Part shown: in pieces, positions 48,801 through 61,383 of the stretch | How the letters are laid out: each line of letters begins with the position of its first letter | Position numbering within the stretch: position 1 is the first letter of the stretch | Assembly (NCBI GenBank): GCA_002269645.1 | Contig: NIVC01000647.1 | Coordinates: 248,001 to 312,000 of the forward strand | Length of the DNA: 64,000 bases | DNA from: Macrostomum lignano | Lineage: Eukaryota | Reading direction: 5' to 3' | Program-made: the position numbers and the translations under genes | The notes under the pieces: generated by a model | The model's database searches: none | What the model saw: only the letters and a program-made list of their open reading frames with translations | Told to the model about the DNA's origin: nothing

Positions 48801-51800
48801 CCTGAAGATTCAGGGATTTCAGCCAACCTAAAGGTCCGGGGTTTCAGCCAACCTGAAGGTTTAGGGTGTAATAGTCAACCTTAAGGTTCAGGCATATTAG
48901 CCAACCTGAGGGTTCAGAGATTTCAGCCAGCCTAAAGGTTCAGGGATTTCAGCCAACCTGAAGGTTCAGAGACTTCAGCCTACCTGAAGGTTCGCGGAGT
49001 TTTAGCCAACCTGAGGGTTCAGGGACTTCAGCCAACCTGACGGTTCAGGGGTTTGCAGCAAATCATAAAATTCATAGGCTTAAGAACTTGCAACCTGTTT
49101 ATAGGAATTAGGGATTTTCGGTTTAGGGCCTGATGCCCCAACCTGCCCAGACCGCCGTTGCATTCTCAGCTGGACCTTAGAGGCAACCCGGCAGCGACCG
49201 CGCCTGACCACCGCGCCCAGCTGCTGCCGCTGCTGAACAGCCGGGAGCCCAACCGCCTGGTGCTCAACGGTCGCCGACTAACCTCCGGTGAGGTGCGCAA
49301 CCTCGTCCACGTTATGAAGGCTTATCCGCGCAGCGTCTCGGCCGATGACTCGTTTCAGCGCCGTCAGCTTCATCGACGGCAGCAGCAGCAGCAGCTGGCC
49401 AGAGGCAGCGTCAATGCTGGCTATTCAACGGCGGACGAATGGCCGGACTCAAACTCGATTGGTTCGACAACGACAACTGCGACGGCGCCGGCCTGCGCTG
49501 TCGCTTTAGTTCACGTCGATGCCGACGACGACAATAATCGACCAGTCGAAGACCGATTCGCCGACTCCTGCGACGTCAGCGGTCGAGGCGAAGGCGACGG
49601 CTGTCCGGCGCCTGGAAACTTCACCATCGAATGCGAGGCCGACGTGTCTTCGGCTGACGAGCCCGCCGAGCAGGGCCAGCGGCAGAAGATCGGCTCCAAC
49701 AAGAAGAAAGGTTCGTTTTGGGTTCGAATCTTGGAAAAATTTTGATTTTCATGCCAGTATTCGAATTTTAATGGTCGTAGTTTGGATTGGGATTCGAACT
49801 GTGGACTTTCTAAAATGTGGGCTAGAGGTCGTTTTTAACGTTTTAATCAGAAAATCAGCACTTTGGAGTCTCAGATTATGGATTAGAACTTGGGACCTCG
49901 GCACTACAGAATGGGAATTCAAATCTGGTACCTTAAAGTCTTAGATTACTGATTCGAATTGAAGACTTTAGGTCTTGAAAGTTAAGGATTTAAACTTGGG
50001 ATCCAGTGTCTTCAGATTGAGGATTCAAGTTCGTGACCTCATTCAGTGGCGTCTGATTAGATTAAGGATTTGATCGAGCTCGGGACCTCAGTTAGTTTGG
50101 TCAAGAGGACCCCAGTAATCAATGTTAAGATTAAGGACTCGAGTTAAGGACTTCCATTTCAATTGAAATCCCGTATTTTATTGCTAATTGAAGATCCCCT
50201 ACCCCCCCCCCCTGGCAACCCGTCCAGCCTCCGCTCCATCGCCCACTGGGGGGCAGCAGAACATGCGCGAGTACCTGGCCGGGCTGCGGCAGCGATACGG
50301 AGACGGCTACATTGTGCGGCTGAATGAGCAACAGCAACAGCATCGGCAGCTCCGCCAGCAGCAGCAGCGACAAGAGGAGCAGCAACGAAGGGATGCCGAA
50401 GCCTTGATGACAGCCTCCGATGAGTTCCCTGTCGCTGTCTCTTCTACGCCGCTGGATCCGCCGCCGCTGCCGCCACCGCCGCCGCCACCACCGACATCGG
50501 TTGTGCAGCAGAGTCAGGCGAAGTCAGCCAACCTGGCTGTTCCCGCCGCAAGTTCGGCAGCCCCGCTGCTAGCCGCCGCCGATGCCAGCATTAGCGGCGG
50601 AGTCGGCGGAGATCCGACGCCTGTGATGGACTCCATCGGCTCTGATGTCTTCGTTCTGCCGACGTCCCGGATACCACAGCCGGAGCCAGTTAAATCTGAC
50701 ACTGCTGCTGCCGCCTCAGCCTCCGTGGAACAGGAGCTCGGCTTGATCCGCGGTCACCAGTTCCTGGCTGTGCAGGGCGACACCGGCTCCGCGGTGATGC
50801 TCAGCCTGGCCGGCCATCTGCTGACTGTTCGGCATCCCGACGGCCGGCTGGCCGAAGAGATCGACCTTCGAAAGCTAGTCGCTTTGGAGTTGCCGTCGGC
50901 GTCGAACTCAGGCCTGCTGATGAGGCTTCGATTCGATCAGCAACAGCTGGTGCGCAGCTTCCAGCTTCAAGAAGACGATCCAGCCGATGCTGCCCAGCTG
51001 ACATCGCTGCTGTCCCCCTTCGCCGCCACCGTCCCGCCTGACAGGTACCGCTGCGCCCGCTGCGAGCACTCGTTCAACATTTCCGAGGCCAGCCGGTCGA
51101 TTCTGCCCTGTGAGAGCGCGCACAGCCTGTCGGATATTCGGGAGGCTCCGGTGTGTCCGAGCTGCGGCTCCGAGTTTATTGTGTCCACTGACGCCGCCGC
51201 CACCACCGCTGCTGCAAAGCTGCAGGCTTCGTCATTGGGTCCACCGGCTGCTGCTGTTGCCAGGTTCTTTGTCGGCAGTGTCGGCACTGAGCTGTCGGCC
51301 CCAAGAGTGTCGCCGCCGTCGCTAGATGCAGAGTCTGTCTCGCCAGATCCGTCTTCGGCGAACGCAGCGGCTGCCGAAGGCTCCGCTTCTGCCGATGCGT
51401 TTGCTCGGACACCCTCTATAGTGTCCATGGACACTCAAGGTGCCGCTGGGCCGACTTTAACTGCTGACTTTAATTTCGGACAGTCAGCGACAGTCAGCGA
51501 GTCAGCGACTGCTCTTGGCACGATGGACGCCGCGAAGAGGTGAGCTGTCACGGGTCACTGGAACTCTGTTATCTGTGCGACAGACACGGGGCAGTCCATA
51601 CTCAGGCATTTTTGTACATGAGCAGTCCCTACTCAAACAGGCATTTGTGTACATGAGCAGTCCCTACTCAAACAGGCACTTGTGTACATGAGCAGTCCCT
51701 ACTCAAACAGGCACTTGTGTACATGAGCAGTCCCTACTCAAACAGGCACTTGTGTACATGAGCAGTCCCTACTCAAACAGGCACTTGTGTACATGAGCAG

Positions 51801-53292
51801 TCCCTACTCAAACAGGCACTTGTGTACATGAGCAGTCCCTACTCAAACAGGCACTTGTGTACATGAGCAGTCCCTACTCAAACAGGCACTTGTGTACATG
51901 AGCAGTCCCTACTCAAACAGGCACTTGTGTACATGAGCAGTCCCTACTCAAACAGGCACTTGTGTACATGAGCAGTCCCTACTCAAACAGGCACTTGTGT
52001 ACATGAGCAGTCCCTACTCAAACAGGCACTTGTGTACATGAGCAGTCCCTACTCAAACAGGCACTTGTGTACATGAGCAGTCCCTACTCAAACAGGCACT
52101 TGTGTACATGAGCAGTCCCTACTCAAACAGGCACTTGTGTACATGAGCAGTCCCTACTCAAACAGGCACTTGTGTACATGAGCAGTCCCTACTCAAACAG
52201 GCACTTGTGTACAAGTCGCTAACACTCGGTGGTAATTAGTCAAGCATCCCACCCTGTTTGCAGAGCCCAGCCCTCAGCCTCTCAACCGCTGCACCAACCG
52301 ACACAGAGGCCTTCGTGACCGCCACCGCGGATGCTACCACGGACGCGACTGCAGGCGTGCCCGATGATGACGACACCAAAGAGATGCTGGCAGACAATGT
52401 TCTAATGTTCGACCCAACCAGCCCGGAGGTCATGGACCATCGGCTCAAACTGCACCTGGATCTGTCGCTGCTTGGTGACGGAGAGGACGCCAAGTTCGCC
52501 GTGCTGCTGGCTGGCTGTCACTTCCTGTCTGGCAAGCGCAACTCCAACTGGGAGGCCAAGCGAGCCGCCATTCTCGTAGCCACCACGCGGCAGCTCCTGC
52601 TGCTGGACTATTGCCCGCGTAGTCTGGCAGGGGCCGACGAAGACCTCGGTCGCTGCCTGGCGCTACTCCAGAAATGGCCGCTGGCCGCTCTGCAGACCGT
52701 CCGCCTTGGCCACTGGGCTGGCGGCTTCGTCCTGCTTCGCTGGACCTCCGAGGCGCAACTTCTGGCGCCGATGGGGCACCGCGCCAAACTTGACGGCCTG
52801 ATTGACTGTCTGCGCCGACACTGCGACCGTCCAGACGTTGATGCCGGCGTCGATGACGGGGGGCGGGACCGTTGCCACTGGGTCACCCTGGCAGATTCGT
52901 CCACCTCAGTGCTTCTTGTCGTTGACGAAGCCGCCGACGATGGAGACGCCGAGATGCTGCGGCTGCTGGCGCTGCCACCGGCTGACTTGGCCGAAGCTCT
53001 GGCTGACTGCCAGCAGCTGGACTGGCGAGCCAAATGTCAGCTGATTAACTCGGCCCCGCTCACCTCGCTGCAGTCCCTGACCATTCCGGATAGGGATGCC
53101 AGCTCGCCGGCAGGTGCGCCGGTTCGACTCGACTTCTTCCCAGAGGATGGCGTTGCCTCCTGGTCGGTTGTCATGCCAACCGGAGCCGCTAGCCGCGAAC
53201 TTCGCCGCCGATTGGCTGAGCCGTGGCAGCTGCGGTTCGGCGTTGAGCTTCCAGTTGGCCGCGGGGACGGTGAAGCTGGAAGCCTGGAGTGA
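45890..53292 (+). CDS. STK11IP: STK11-interacting protein (LIP1)-like leucine-rich-repeat protein, about 8 exons
   Basis: Exons 45890-46189, 46765-46932, 47739-47846, 48249-48317, 48406-48633, 49170-49710, 50228-51539, ~52245(or 52278)-53292, with GT/AG ends and compatible phases. Motifs: LCAGDRTTGAEWPRL, LRRs (LTHLDLSYNQL, LQSLNLSFNRL, LDLRGNP), LRQRYGDGY, CARC...CPSCGS, DHRLKLHLD. Confidence 0.85.
46262..46612. repeat. Intronic 23-bp minisatellite
   Basis: Unit AATTCCCCTTGATAATATCTCCC. Confidence 0.93.
46975..47670. repeat. Intronic ~20-bp minisatellite
   Basis: Unit CTAGTGTTCTTCCGCCCCTT. Confidence 0.92.
47880..48190. repeat. Intronic ~20-bp minisatellite
   Basis: Unit GTGAGAGTAGAGAGCGTGG(G). 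Confidence 0.9.
48680..49060. repeat. Intronic 26-bp minisatellite
   Basis: Unit CAGGGATTTCAGCCAACCTGAAGGTT. Confidence 0.9.
51590..52212. repeat. Intronic 35-bp minisatellite, about 17 near-identical copies
   Basis: Unit AGGCACTTGTGTACATGAGCAGTCCCTACTCAAAC. Confidence 0.96.
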
Positions 53293-53362
53293 CATTTCAC
53301 CTAGAGTGACATTTCACCTAGAGTAACATTTCACCTAGAGTGACATTTCACCTGGAGTGACA
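53287..53362. repeat. 17-bp tandem repeat overlapping the STK11IP-like stop codon
   Basis: GAGTGACATTTCACCTA x4.5; the TGA at 53290-53292 lies in the first unit. Confidence 0.88.
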
Positions 53363-53929
53363 TGCTACATAATTCCAGCTAAACAGCCAAGCAAAAATAT
53401 TTTGTTAATTTTTTTCGGTTCAAGTTTGGTAATGTTTCTTTAACTATTTAATTAATTCTGCTGCCAAATTCAGATGCAAAAGCAATACGAATAAAAATCT
53501 TTCCTTGCTAAACTAGCACTAGGTAGCACTGTTGTACTAAACAGACAAATGCCTCCACATTGTTTTGATTCTGTGATTGTACGTATGCATGCTCGCAAAT
53601 TGTAAATCTGTTTATAATGAAAACAAAATATAAATATAAACTCAATAAAATAACGACTTTATTATTTTTCTAGAAACCGTTGTGTATAGTTAACTAAATT
53701 TGGTTCCTAGAAATTTCATAATTACATCGAGAGCATATCAGCTATTAATCAACGTTTTATTAGTCTCCCAATGTCTGGCACTACATTGATTGAGTCAACT
53801 AGAATTGAGAGGGCGCTCGATCTGGGAGGGCTCTTGATCTTTATCATTCGGACTCAATATTGAGCAGTGTTAGCAATTGTCTCCGAGGTATCTGGGGGCT
53901 GACTATATTCAAATACGAGTACTAAAGCA

Positions 53930-54275
53930 AATTGTCGTACACTGTCGTAGGGTTCTGTCGTACGATCATCACTGTCGTAGGTCACTGTCGTACACTGTCG
54001 TAGGGTTCTGTCGTAGGATCATCCCTGTCATAGGTCACTGTCGTACACTGTCGTAGGTCACTGTCGTAGGTCACTGTCGTACACTGTCGTATCGTCACTG
54101 TCGTATGGTCACTGTCGTAGGGCACTGTCGTACTCTGTCGTAATATCTAGGTGGGTCTAGGTGGTCGAACCAAGAAAGTTGGGCTGCGGCACAGTCGTAT
54201 TATGTCGTAAAAACACCTGTCGTATGCTGACGAGGACTGTCGTAAAAGCTCTGTCGTATAGCTCTGTCGTACGAC
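53930..54275. repeat. Array of CTGTCGTA-core units, probably the subterminal region of a DNA transposon
   Basis: More than 20 CTGTCGTA(G/C) cores at 12-15 bp spacing, interrupted by a duplicated CTAGGTGG at 54147-54164. Confidence 0.65.
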
Positions 54276-54365
54276 TGTCGTTTTTTAAACGGGAATGCTT
54301 AAATATTTTGTCTCCAATGCGAAGCTTTACGCTATATATATTTATAATAACACACACATAATTAT

Positions 54366-55490
54366 GTGTGTGTAAAAAGCTTTGAGTGTCATTCAAACCT
54401 AGATTATCAAAGTGACGAAGTCTCTACCGCTCCGCATTGCAGCTCAGGCAGAGACGGGCTTCGAGCATCGGCATCTCAGCACGGATCGCAGCCGCACAGT
54501 TTCTCAGAGATGCCCCGTCGCTCTGTCGCCTGCCCCTTTTGTCCCAGGCGGTTCTGCCGCACCCGAGCGGCAGTGTCGCAGTACTTGCGTCATGTGCGGT
54601 CACACGGAATGAGCTGCGACTCAGAGCCAGAGGAGGCGGCTGCGACCAACTCAGAAGCTGTCAGAGCGGCGGCGGTCGAGCAGGTCGCGTCTCGCAATGA
54701 GTCAGCGATGCAGCCGTGTGCAGACGGCAGTCATGCAGTGACGAAGCGTCAGGAGTGCGAGTCAGTCGGGAATACCCGAGCTACAAAGAGTGCTGCAACA
54801 CGGCACCGTCGAGCTCAGGGTGTCCAGAGGCCATTCCAGTGCGACACTTGCCAAAAGAAGCTCTCCAGCAAGAGCCACCTCAAAGCTCACATTAGTGCGT
54901 TTCACGAGAAGGAAAAACCGCACGAGTGCAAGCGGTGTGGGAAGTCCTTCTTAAATGCATCTCATCTGCACGTGCACATTCGGTCTTACACTGGTGAGAG
55001 GCCGTTTGAGTGCAAGGTGTGCGGCAAGAGATTCAGTACCAACGGCAACCTCACTAAGCATTCCAGGGTGCACACAGGAGAAAAGCCATTTGAGTGCAAG
55101 GTGTGCGGCAAGAGATTCAGTACCAACGGCAACCTCACTAAGCATTCCAGGGTGCACACAGGAGAAAAGCCATTTGAGTGCAAGGTGTGCGGCAAGAGAT
55201 TCAATGAAAGCAGCAGCCTTACAAGGCACTCAAGGCTGCACACAGGGGAAACTCCATATGAGTGCAAAGTGTGCGGCAAGAGATTCAGTGTCAGTAGCAA
55301 CCTTACTACCCACCTAAGACTGCACACAGGAGAAAAGCCATTGGAGTGCAAAGTGTGCGGCAAGAGATTCAATGAAAACAGCAGCCTAGCTAGGCACTCT
55401 AGGGTGCACACAGGGGAAAGCCATACGAGTGCAAGATATGCGGCAAGCGATTTAATCGCAGCAGCAATTTGAAAAGACACTCCAAGCAGC
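54366..55490 (+). CDS. C2H2 zinc-finger protein, paralogue 1 (7 fingers plus a frameshifted 8th)
   Basis: [15 protein letters not shown] linkers. Frameshift at ~55415 before the last finger; finger 2 has His replaced by Tyr. The true start is uncertain (ACG where the paralogues have ATG). Confidence 0.8.
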
Positions 55491-56029
55491 ACATTGTCTA
55501 GCGAATATTTAACACTTCGCTCTGTGTGATTGCAAGTGCAGACCACCAATCCTGGATTGACAGTAAGCTTTAATTACTGATCAGTTTTTTGTCTTAATGA
55601 TTTTTTTGGAGTTCTCTTGAAGTAATGCGTACGGAAACTAATCCAATGTCAGCAGCCAATGGCCAGTTACTGAGAGCAGACCGGATTTTTACTTCTTGTT
55701 GCTGCCAAATGTCCCCAATTGTTGTTTCCCTCTCATCTGATTACCTGCTGTAGGAGTGCTTAAAAATTGGGTTTTGTGTAATTGTTGTCTGCATAATGCA
55801 ATTTTGTCGTTGCACAAATTTCACAGGCTGTTTTTAAGGTTTTCCCAAGCTTGTTTTACTGTTTTTGTCTTGTGTTTGGCTAAAATTTCTTCTAAAAAAC
55901 TTCCTTTCGGCCTGTATTTATAAATTTTATTCTTGGCATTGCGAACTTTTTTGTTGTTACTAATAACCCTTAGTAAGTAGTTTGATTTGATTCAATACAA
56001 CTTTACTATTACAATCTTTACTAATTGAT

Positions 56030-56600
56030 TAGTTTATATGTTTGTCTGGATGTATTTATTGTTTTGGTATTGACTTAAAAGACCACATAGGGTGCTCAAT
56101 GCAGCTGTTGTCATGGGAATTTGCTCAGCTCTCAGGGCCTCAGCCAGCGGATATTCAATCAGCTGATCAAGTTGGTCGAGTGTTTCAGCTGCAGCAGTTT
56201 TCTGCTGAGGCTCGCATTGAGGTGTTTCCCGCACTGAGCTTCTCCGCAAGGCATTTTGCCAGCCATGCGGTGCTTCAGCTGTGCTGCCGCTTCAATGCAG
56301 ATTTTCAAGGCTGCCAACTTGCTAGTGCTGCTGACAGCTCACCTTCTCTGGCAGTCTGCATGGCATTTAGCTACTCAAGTTGTCTAATTCCAATCCTGCA
56401 GTTTGAGACTGAGCACAGCTAACTGGTTGTAAGCCAAATCTCTGCCCGTTGACACATTAATATGCTTGTCACAAATGACACTCCTTGATTTCGAACTGGT
56501 GTCCCGCTTATTTGCGCTACTCTTCTTGATCTCCCACGCTAACCACCCTGACTGGTTAGACTCACCGTACCTACTCTATGACTCACCTTTTGTGTAGTTA
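56030..56600 (-). mobile_element. Degenerate Gypsy pol/integrase-like relic, copy 1 of a block repeated after each zinc-finger gene
   Basis: Highly similar to 60345-61025 and 62990-63150; the third copy is continuous with recognisable Gypsy pol sequence. Confidence 0.5.
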
Positions 56601-56950
56601 GTTTGTAGGTATGTACGAGTACATCTGTTATGTAAATTTGTTTGCGATATTGATCTGTCGCCGGCTAAAGTATAAATATTCTAGTGGAAAGGCCAACGTG
56701 GTCTAAAGGTTGTATGTGACGCAAAATCATTATGACTTTCTCAATACAACTTCACTCTACCTACTCCACCATTCATCCTACCGACCCTGCTAACTGTACA
56801 GCAACTCCTTTGCATTCATTCCGTCTGCCAGCCATTTGTTGACCAGTGGTTTCAGGGTGGAAACTTTAGCATGTTGCTGAGTGTACTCCGGGACAAAATT
56901 TTAAGTTACAAAATCTGACAATACAGCTTCCATGGCACCCAGGTACATAA

Positions 56951-56964
56951 GTTACAAATGGCGT
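56951..56964 (+). promoter_or_regulatory. Conserved GTTACAAATGGCGT motif (YY1-like core) upstream of zinc-finger paralogues 2 and 3
   Basis: An identical 14-mer occurs at 56951 and 61253 in otherwise diverged upstream DNA; AAATGGCG matches the YY1 core. Confidence 0.35.
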
Positions 56965-57341
56965 CATACAAGACTGCCCCTTTTCTACGTGCCCAGACAC
57001 CATCGTCCAAACACCACCCCAAGTCAACCCCCCTCTGCACTGCACCCCTCCGCCGTAAGTTTATATCACCTAGCTTTTACTCAGCCCGCCTCGCCTCTAC
57101 CTTTCTCGCGCTGCATGATTTTTTTGCTTTTTTGCTTTTATACTTTCTGTACGGCACAAATAAACTTGCTGTTCAGAGGACCGTCGTCTCTTTTTGCACT
57201 GTACTCAATACTGGCAAACACGCGACCGCCTTCCCTTCTCTTGGGGTGTGGTGTTTAGTAAGTCCTTTAAACAGCTTTTAAAGTGGGATGAATCCATTTT
57301 CCTTATGAATTCCAATACCATTAAATCTCTGATCACAAGTA

Positions 57342-58680
57342 ATGAAGTCTACCGCTCCGCATTGCAGCTCAGGCAGAGACGGGCTTCGAGAATCGGCATC
57401 TCAGCACGGATCGCAGCCCCACAGTTTCTCAGAGATGCGCCGGGGCTCTGTCGCCTGCCCCTTTTGTCCCAGGCGGTTCTGCCGCACCCGAGCGGCAGTG
57501 GCGCAGTACTTGCGTCATGTGCGGTCACACGGAATGGGCTGCGACTCGGAGCCAGAGGAGGCGGCTGCGACCAACTCAGAAGCTGTCAGAGCGGCGGCGG
57601 TCGAGCAGGTCGCGTCTCGCAATGAGTCAGCGATGCAGCCGTGTGCAGACGGCAGTCGTGCAGTGACGAAGCGTCAGGAGTGCGAGTCAGTCGGGAAGAC
57701 CCGAGCTACAAAGAGTGCTGCAACACGGCACCGTCGAGCTGAGGGTGTCCAGAGGCCGTTCCAGTGCGACACTTGCCAGAAGAAGTTCTCCAGAAAAGGC
57801 CACCTCAAGGCTCACATTAGTGCAGTGCACATAAAGGAGAAACCACACAAGTGCAAATGGTGTGGGAAGTCCTTCACAAAGGCGTCTCATCTACACGTGC
57901 ACATCCGGTCTCACACTGGAGAGAGGCCGTTTGAGTGCGAGGTGTGCGGCAAGAGATTCAGTGACAGCAGCAGCCTTACTACGCACTCAAGGGTGCACAC
58001 AGGAGAAAAGCCATTTGAGTGCAAGGTGTGCGGCAAGAGATTCAGTGACAGCAGCGGTCTCACTAAGCACTTAAGGTTGCACACAGGAGAAAAGCCATTT
58101 CAGTGCAAGGTGTGCGGCAAGAGATTCAGTGACAGCAGCAGCCTTACTACGCACTCAAGGGTGCACACAGGAGAAAAGCCATTTGAGTGCAAGGTGTGCG
58201 GCAAGAGATTCAGTGACAGCAGCGGTCTCACTAAGCACTTAAGGCTGCACACCGGAGAAAAGCCATTTGTTTGCAAGGTGTGCGGCAAGAGATTCAGTGT
58301 CAATAGCAGCCTCACCACCCACTCAAGGCTACACACTGGTGAAAAGCCATTTCAATGCAAAGTTTGCGGCAAGAGATTTGCTGTCAATAGCAGCCTCACA
58401 ACCCACTCAAGGCTGCATACAGGAGAAAAGCCGTTTCAGTGCAAAGTGTGCGGCAGGAGATTTAATCAAGTCAACATTCTCACAACCCACTCAAGGCTGC
58501 ATACAGGAGAAAAGCCGTTTCAGTGCAAAGTGTGCGGCAGGAGATTTAATCAAGCCAACATTCTCACTACCCACTCAAGGCTGCACACTGAGAAAAAAGC
58601 CGTTTCAGTGCAAAGTGTGCGGCAAGAGATTCAATCAAGTCAGCAATCTTAATAGCCACTCCGAGCAGCACGTTGTGTAG
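57342..58680 (+). CDS. C2H2 zinc-finger protein, paralogue 2 (10 fingers plus a frameshifted 11th)
   Basis: Same N-terminal region as paralogues 1 and 3. Frameshift at ~58590; the last finger continues in another frame to 58680. Confidence 0.85.
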
Positions 58681-59075
58681 CGAATATTCAAATTTGCTGC
58701 ACTCCGCTAATTGCCGATGTGGACAATTGGTCTTGGTCCATACTGTGCGCCAAGTGTTTGCTTGTCATCGTTTCATAGCTTTTTTGTCTTGTCCTTCTGT
58801 CTTTAGAGCTTTAATGATCTTCGCTGAGTTATTCTAGAGCAATACAGGCGGATGCTAAACCAATGACCTGTTAGTGACAGCAGTCAATGACTAGTTAGTC
58901 ACGGCATATACAATACTGCACTCTACTGTTAGGCCATCTTTTCACTTGTTGCTGCTAAAGGTTTCCAGTTGTTTCTCATAACATTACTGTCTGTATCACT
59001 ACTCAGCACTCATGCATCGTTTCTACTTCTTAACATTTGTTCTTTAAGTTTTGTAAAGCCGAGCGTTGTTGCAAT

Positions 59076-60137
59076 GGATGCTTAATAAGTTCGCGGAAAA
59101 AAGACACTTCTGAATATGCCGCCACCTGAAAATTGTTTTGAATGTATCCCCCCAATTAATGAGACTTCTCAGCATAGTTTTCAGACAGATTTCTGCATTT
59201 CTCCATCGCATGAAACTATGCTGCAAAACATGCCCTTAATTCCACCTGAGGGATAGCTTCCAGCTCTGCTTTCAACGCCTCTTTAAGCTTCTTGCGTGAG
59301 TCAAAACGCTTTCCCTTGAGATTCTTCTTGATCTTCTTGAAGAGGAAGAAGTCAGCTGGAGCGATTTCAGGCGAGTAGGCTGGATGTGGCAGCAGAGTCT
59401 GCTGAGTCAATGCCAGAAACTCCTGTGTCACTCTGGCTCGGTGAGCTGGAGCATTGTCATGGTGCAAGAAAATGGCATGGTCTCTGGTCTTTGGCCGCAT
59501 CCTGACAGAGGAGCTCCAGCACCTGGGACAGGCAGACACTTAAGTACCAGTGACTAGTCACTGTGGCACCTTTTTCGAATAGAATGTGCGGCAGGATGCC
59601 ACACCACCGGAATAAGAGTGAAGTTCAAGTAATGGGGCACCCAGAGTGCAGACGCTTTCCTCATGCCCAGATGATCATGCAAGATAGAAATGGCGCTTGA
59701 ATCTGAAATCCCGACATGTTTCTCGATTTCGCCAACCGTCACTCCTCGATCTTCATCGAGCAGTCTTTGGACACTGGAACTGTTGCGTTCGTAATAACCG
59801 AATTTGGACGGCCTTCTCGTTCAAACCACTTGTACACCATTGTCTGGGATGATGCTTCATCACCCAACGCTTTTCAAAGCATCTGCAAGCGCTCGAGAGG
59901 CGGATTGGCCAAATCGAAATTGAACAAGAACTGCAACTCGTCTGTCACATTGTCAATCCCAGGACAGGGTCTGGGGTCGTATCACTTTTTCGACCATTGC
60001 GTCGTAGCATTTTAAGCAGAGGCTGAAAATTGACATGAAGTTTTAATATGTACTGATATAAACACAAAAAATCTCATTTTATTTGCATATAAGGAAGCTA
60101 CGAGCTACATTTTCTGCGAACTTGTTAAGCATCCTCG
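59076..60137 (-). mobile_element. Mariner (DD34D-type) transposon, internally deleted
   Basis: Inverted repeats GGATGCTTAATAAGTTCGCGGAAAA (59076) and TTTTCTGCGAACTTGTTAAGCATCCTCG (ends 60137, followed by TA). Motifs WVPH, LHHDNAPAH, HPAYSPEIAPADFFLF. The segment carrying the first catalytic Asp is missing. Confidence 0.9.
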
Positions 60138-60344
60138 TATTGTCTGCATGATGGAATTTTCTCGATACACAACTTTCACAGCCAGTGTTAAAGTTCCCCA
60201 TGTTTGTTTTAATGTTTGTCTTGATGTGGGGCTATAAATTTTCTTCATTAATTAAATTAAATGCATGGCTGCCTAGCACACTTTATTGTTACTAATAACC
60301 TTTAACTGGTTTGCTTTAACTAAATACAACTTTATTGTTTCAAT

Positions 60345-61025
60345 TTTACTAATTCGTTAGTTTAAATGTTTGTCTTGAGGTGTTGATTCTTTTAATATTG
60401 ACTTTAATAGACCACATAGGGTGTTCAATGCAGCTGTTGCCATGGGAATTTGCTCAGCTCTCAGGGCCTCAGCCAGCGGATATTCAATCAGCTGATCAAG
60501 TTGGTTAAGTGTTTCAGCTGCAGCAGTTTTCTGCTGAGGCTCGCATTGAGGTGTTTCCCGCACTGAGCTTCTCCGCAAGGCATTTTGCCAGCCATGCGGT
60601 GCTTCAGCTGTGCTGCCGCTTGAATGCAGATTTTCATGGCTGCCAACTTGCTAGTGCTGCTGACAGCTCACCTCTGACAGTCTGCATGGCATTTAGCTAC
60701 TCAAGTTGTGTAATTCCAATCCTGCAGTATAAGACTGAGCACAGCTAACTGGTTGTAAGCCAAATCTCTGCCCGTTTGAGTTGTCTTGCTGAGCATGACC
60801 GCCTCTGAGCACACTGCACCCCTTCTGTCTGTCTGTTGAAGACATTGAAAAAAATCCCGGCACGTGGACAAATGTTCTGTCTGCATTTATAACATTAATT
60901 TGCTTGTCATAAATGACAATCCTTGATTTCGAACTGGTGTCCCGCTTCTTTTCACTACTCTTCTTGATCTCCCACGCTAACCACCCTGACTGGTTAGACT
61001 CACCGTACCTACTCTATGACTCACC
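60345..61025 (-). mobile_element. Degenerate Gypsy pol/integrase-like relic, copy 2
   Basis: Near-duplicate of 56030-56600 with about 150 bp extra. Confidence 0.5.
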
Positions 61026-61383
61026 CTAACCACCATAATCTCAAGTTTCCTCTCTTTGACTTATATACCATGTCCAATGATTCATTTCAAAGTGCATTTG
61101 AAATGGTTCATCATTTTAAATTTTACGTTAAAAGACTTACAGACCTCAATTTAGACCAGAAATCATTCATGTCATAGAGAGTATGTAGTCAGAGGCGAAA
61201 AAGCAAAACTTCAAGTCATGTATTTAACAGTACAGATTCCATGACACACCCAGTTACAAATGGCGTTACACAGATCTGAACTTTGCCCCGTGTCTACGTA
61301 CGTCTTAGTTTTACCGGTAAATGTGGGATAAATCTATTTTTCCTTAAGAATTCCAATATCATTAAATCTCTGATTACAAAGTA

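Noticed and set aside
53760-53905. Possible MITE with TAGTC(T/AG)CCCCA inverted ends
   Set aside because: The inverted match is short and imperfect with no convincing TSD.
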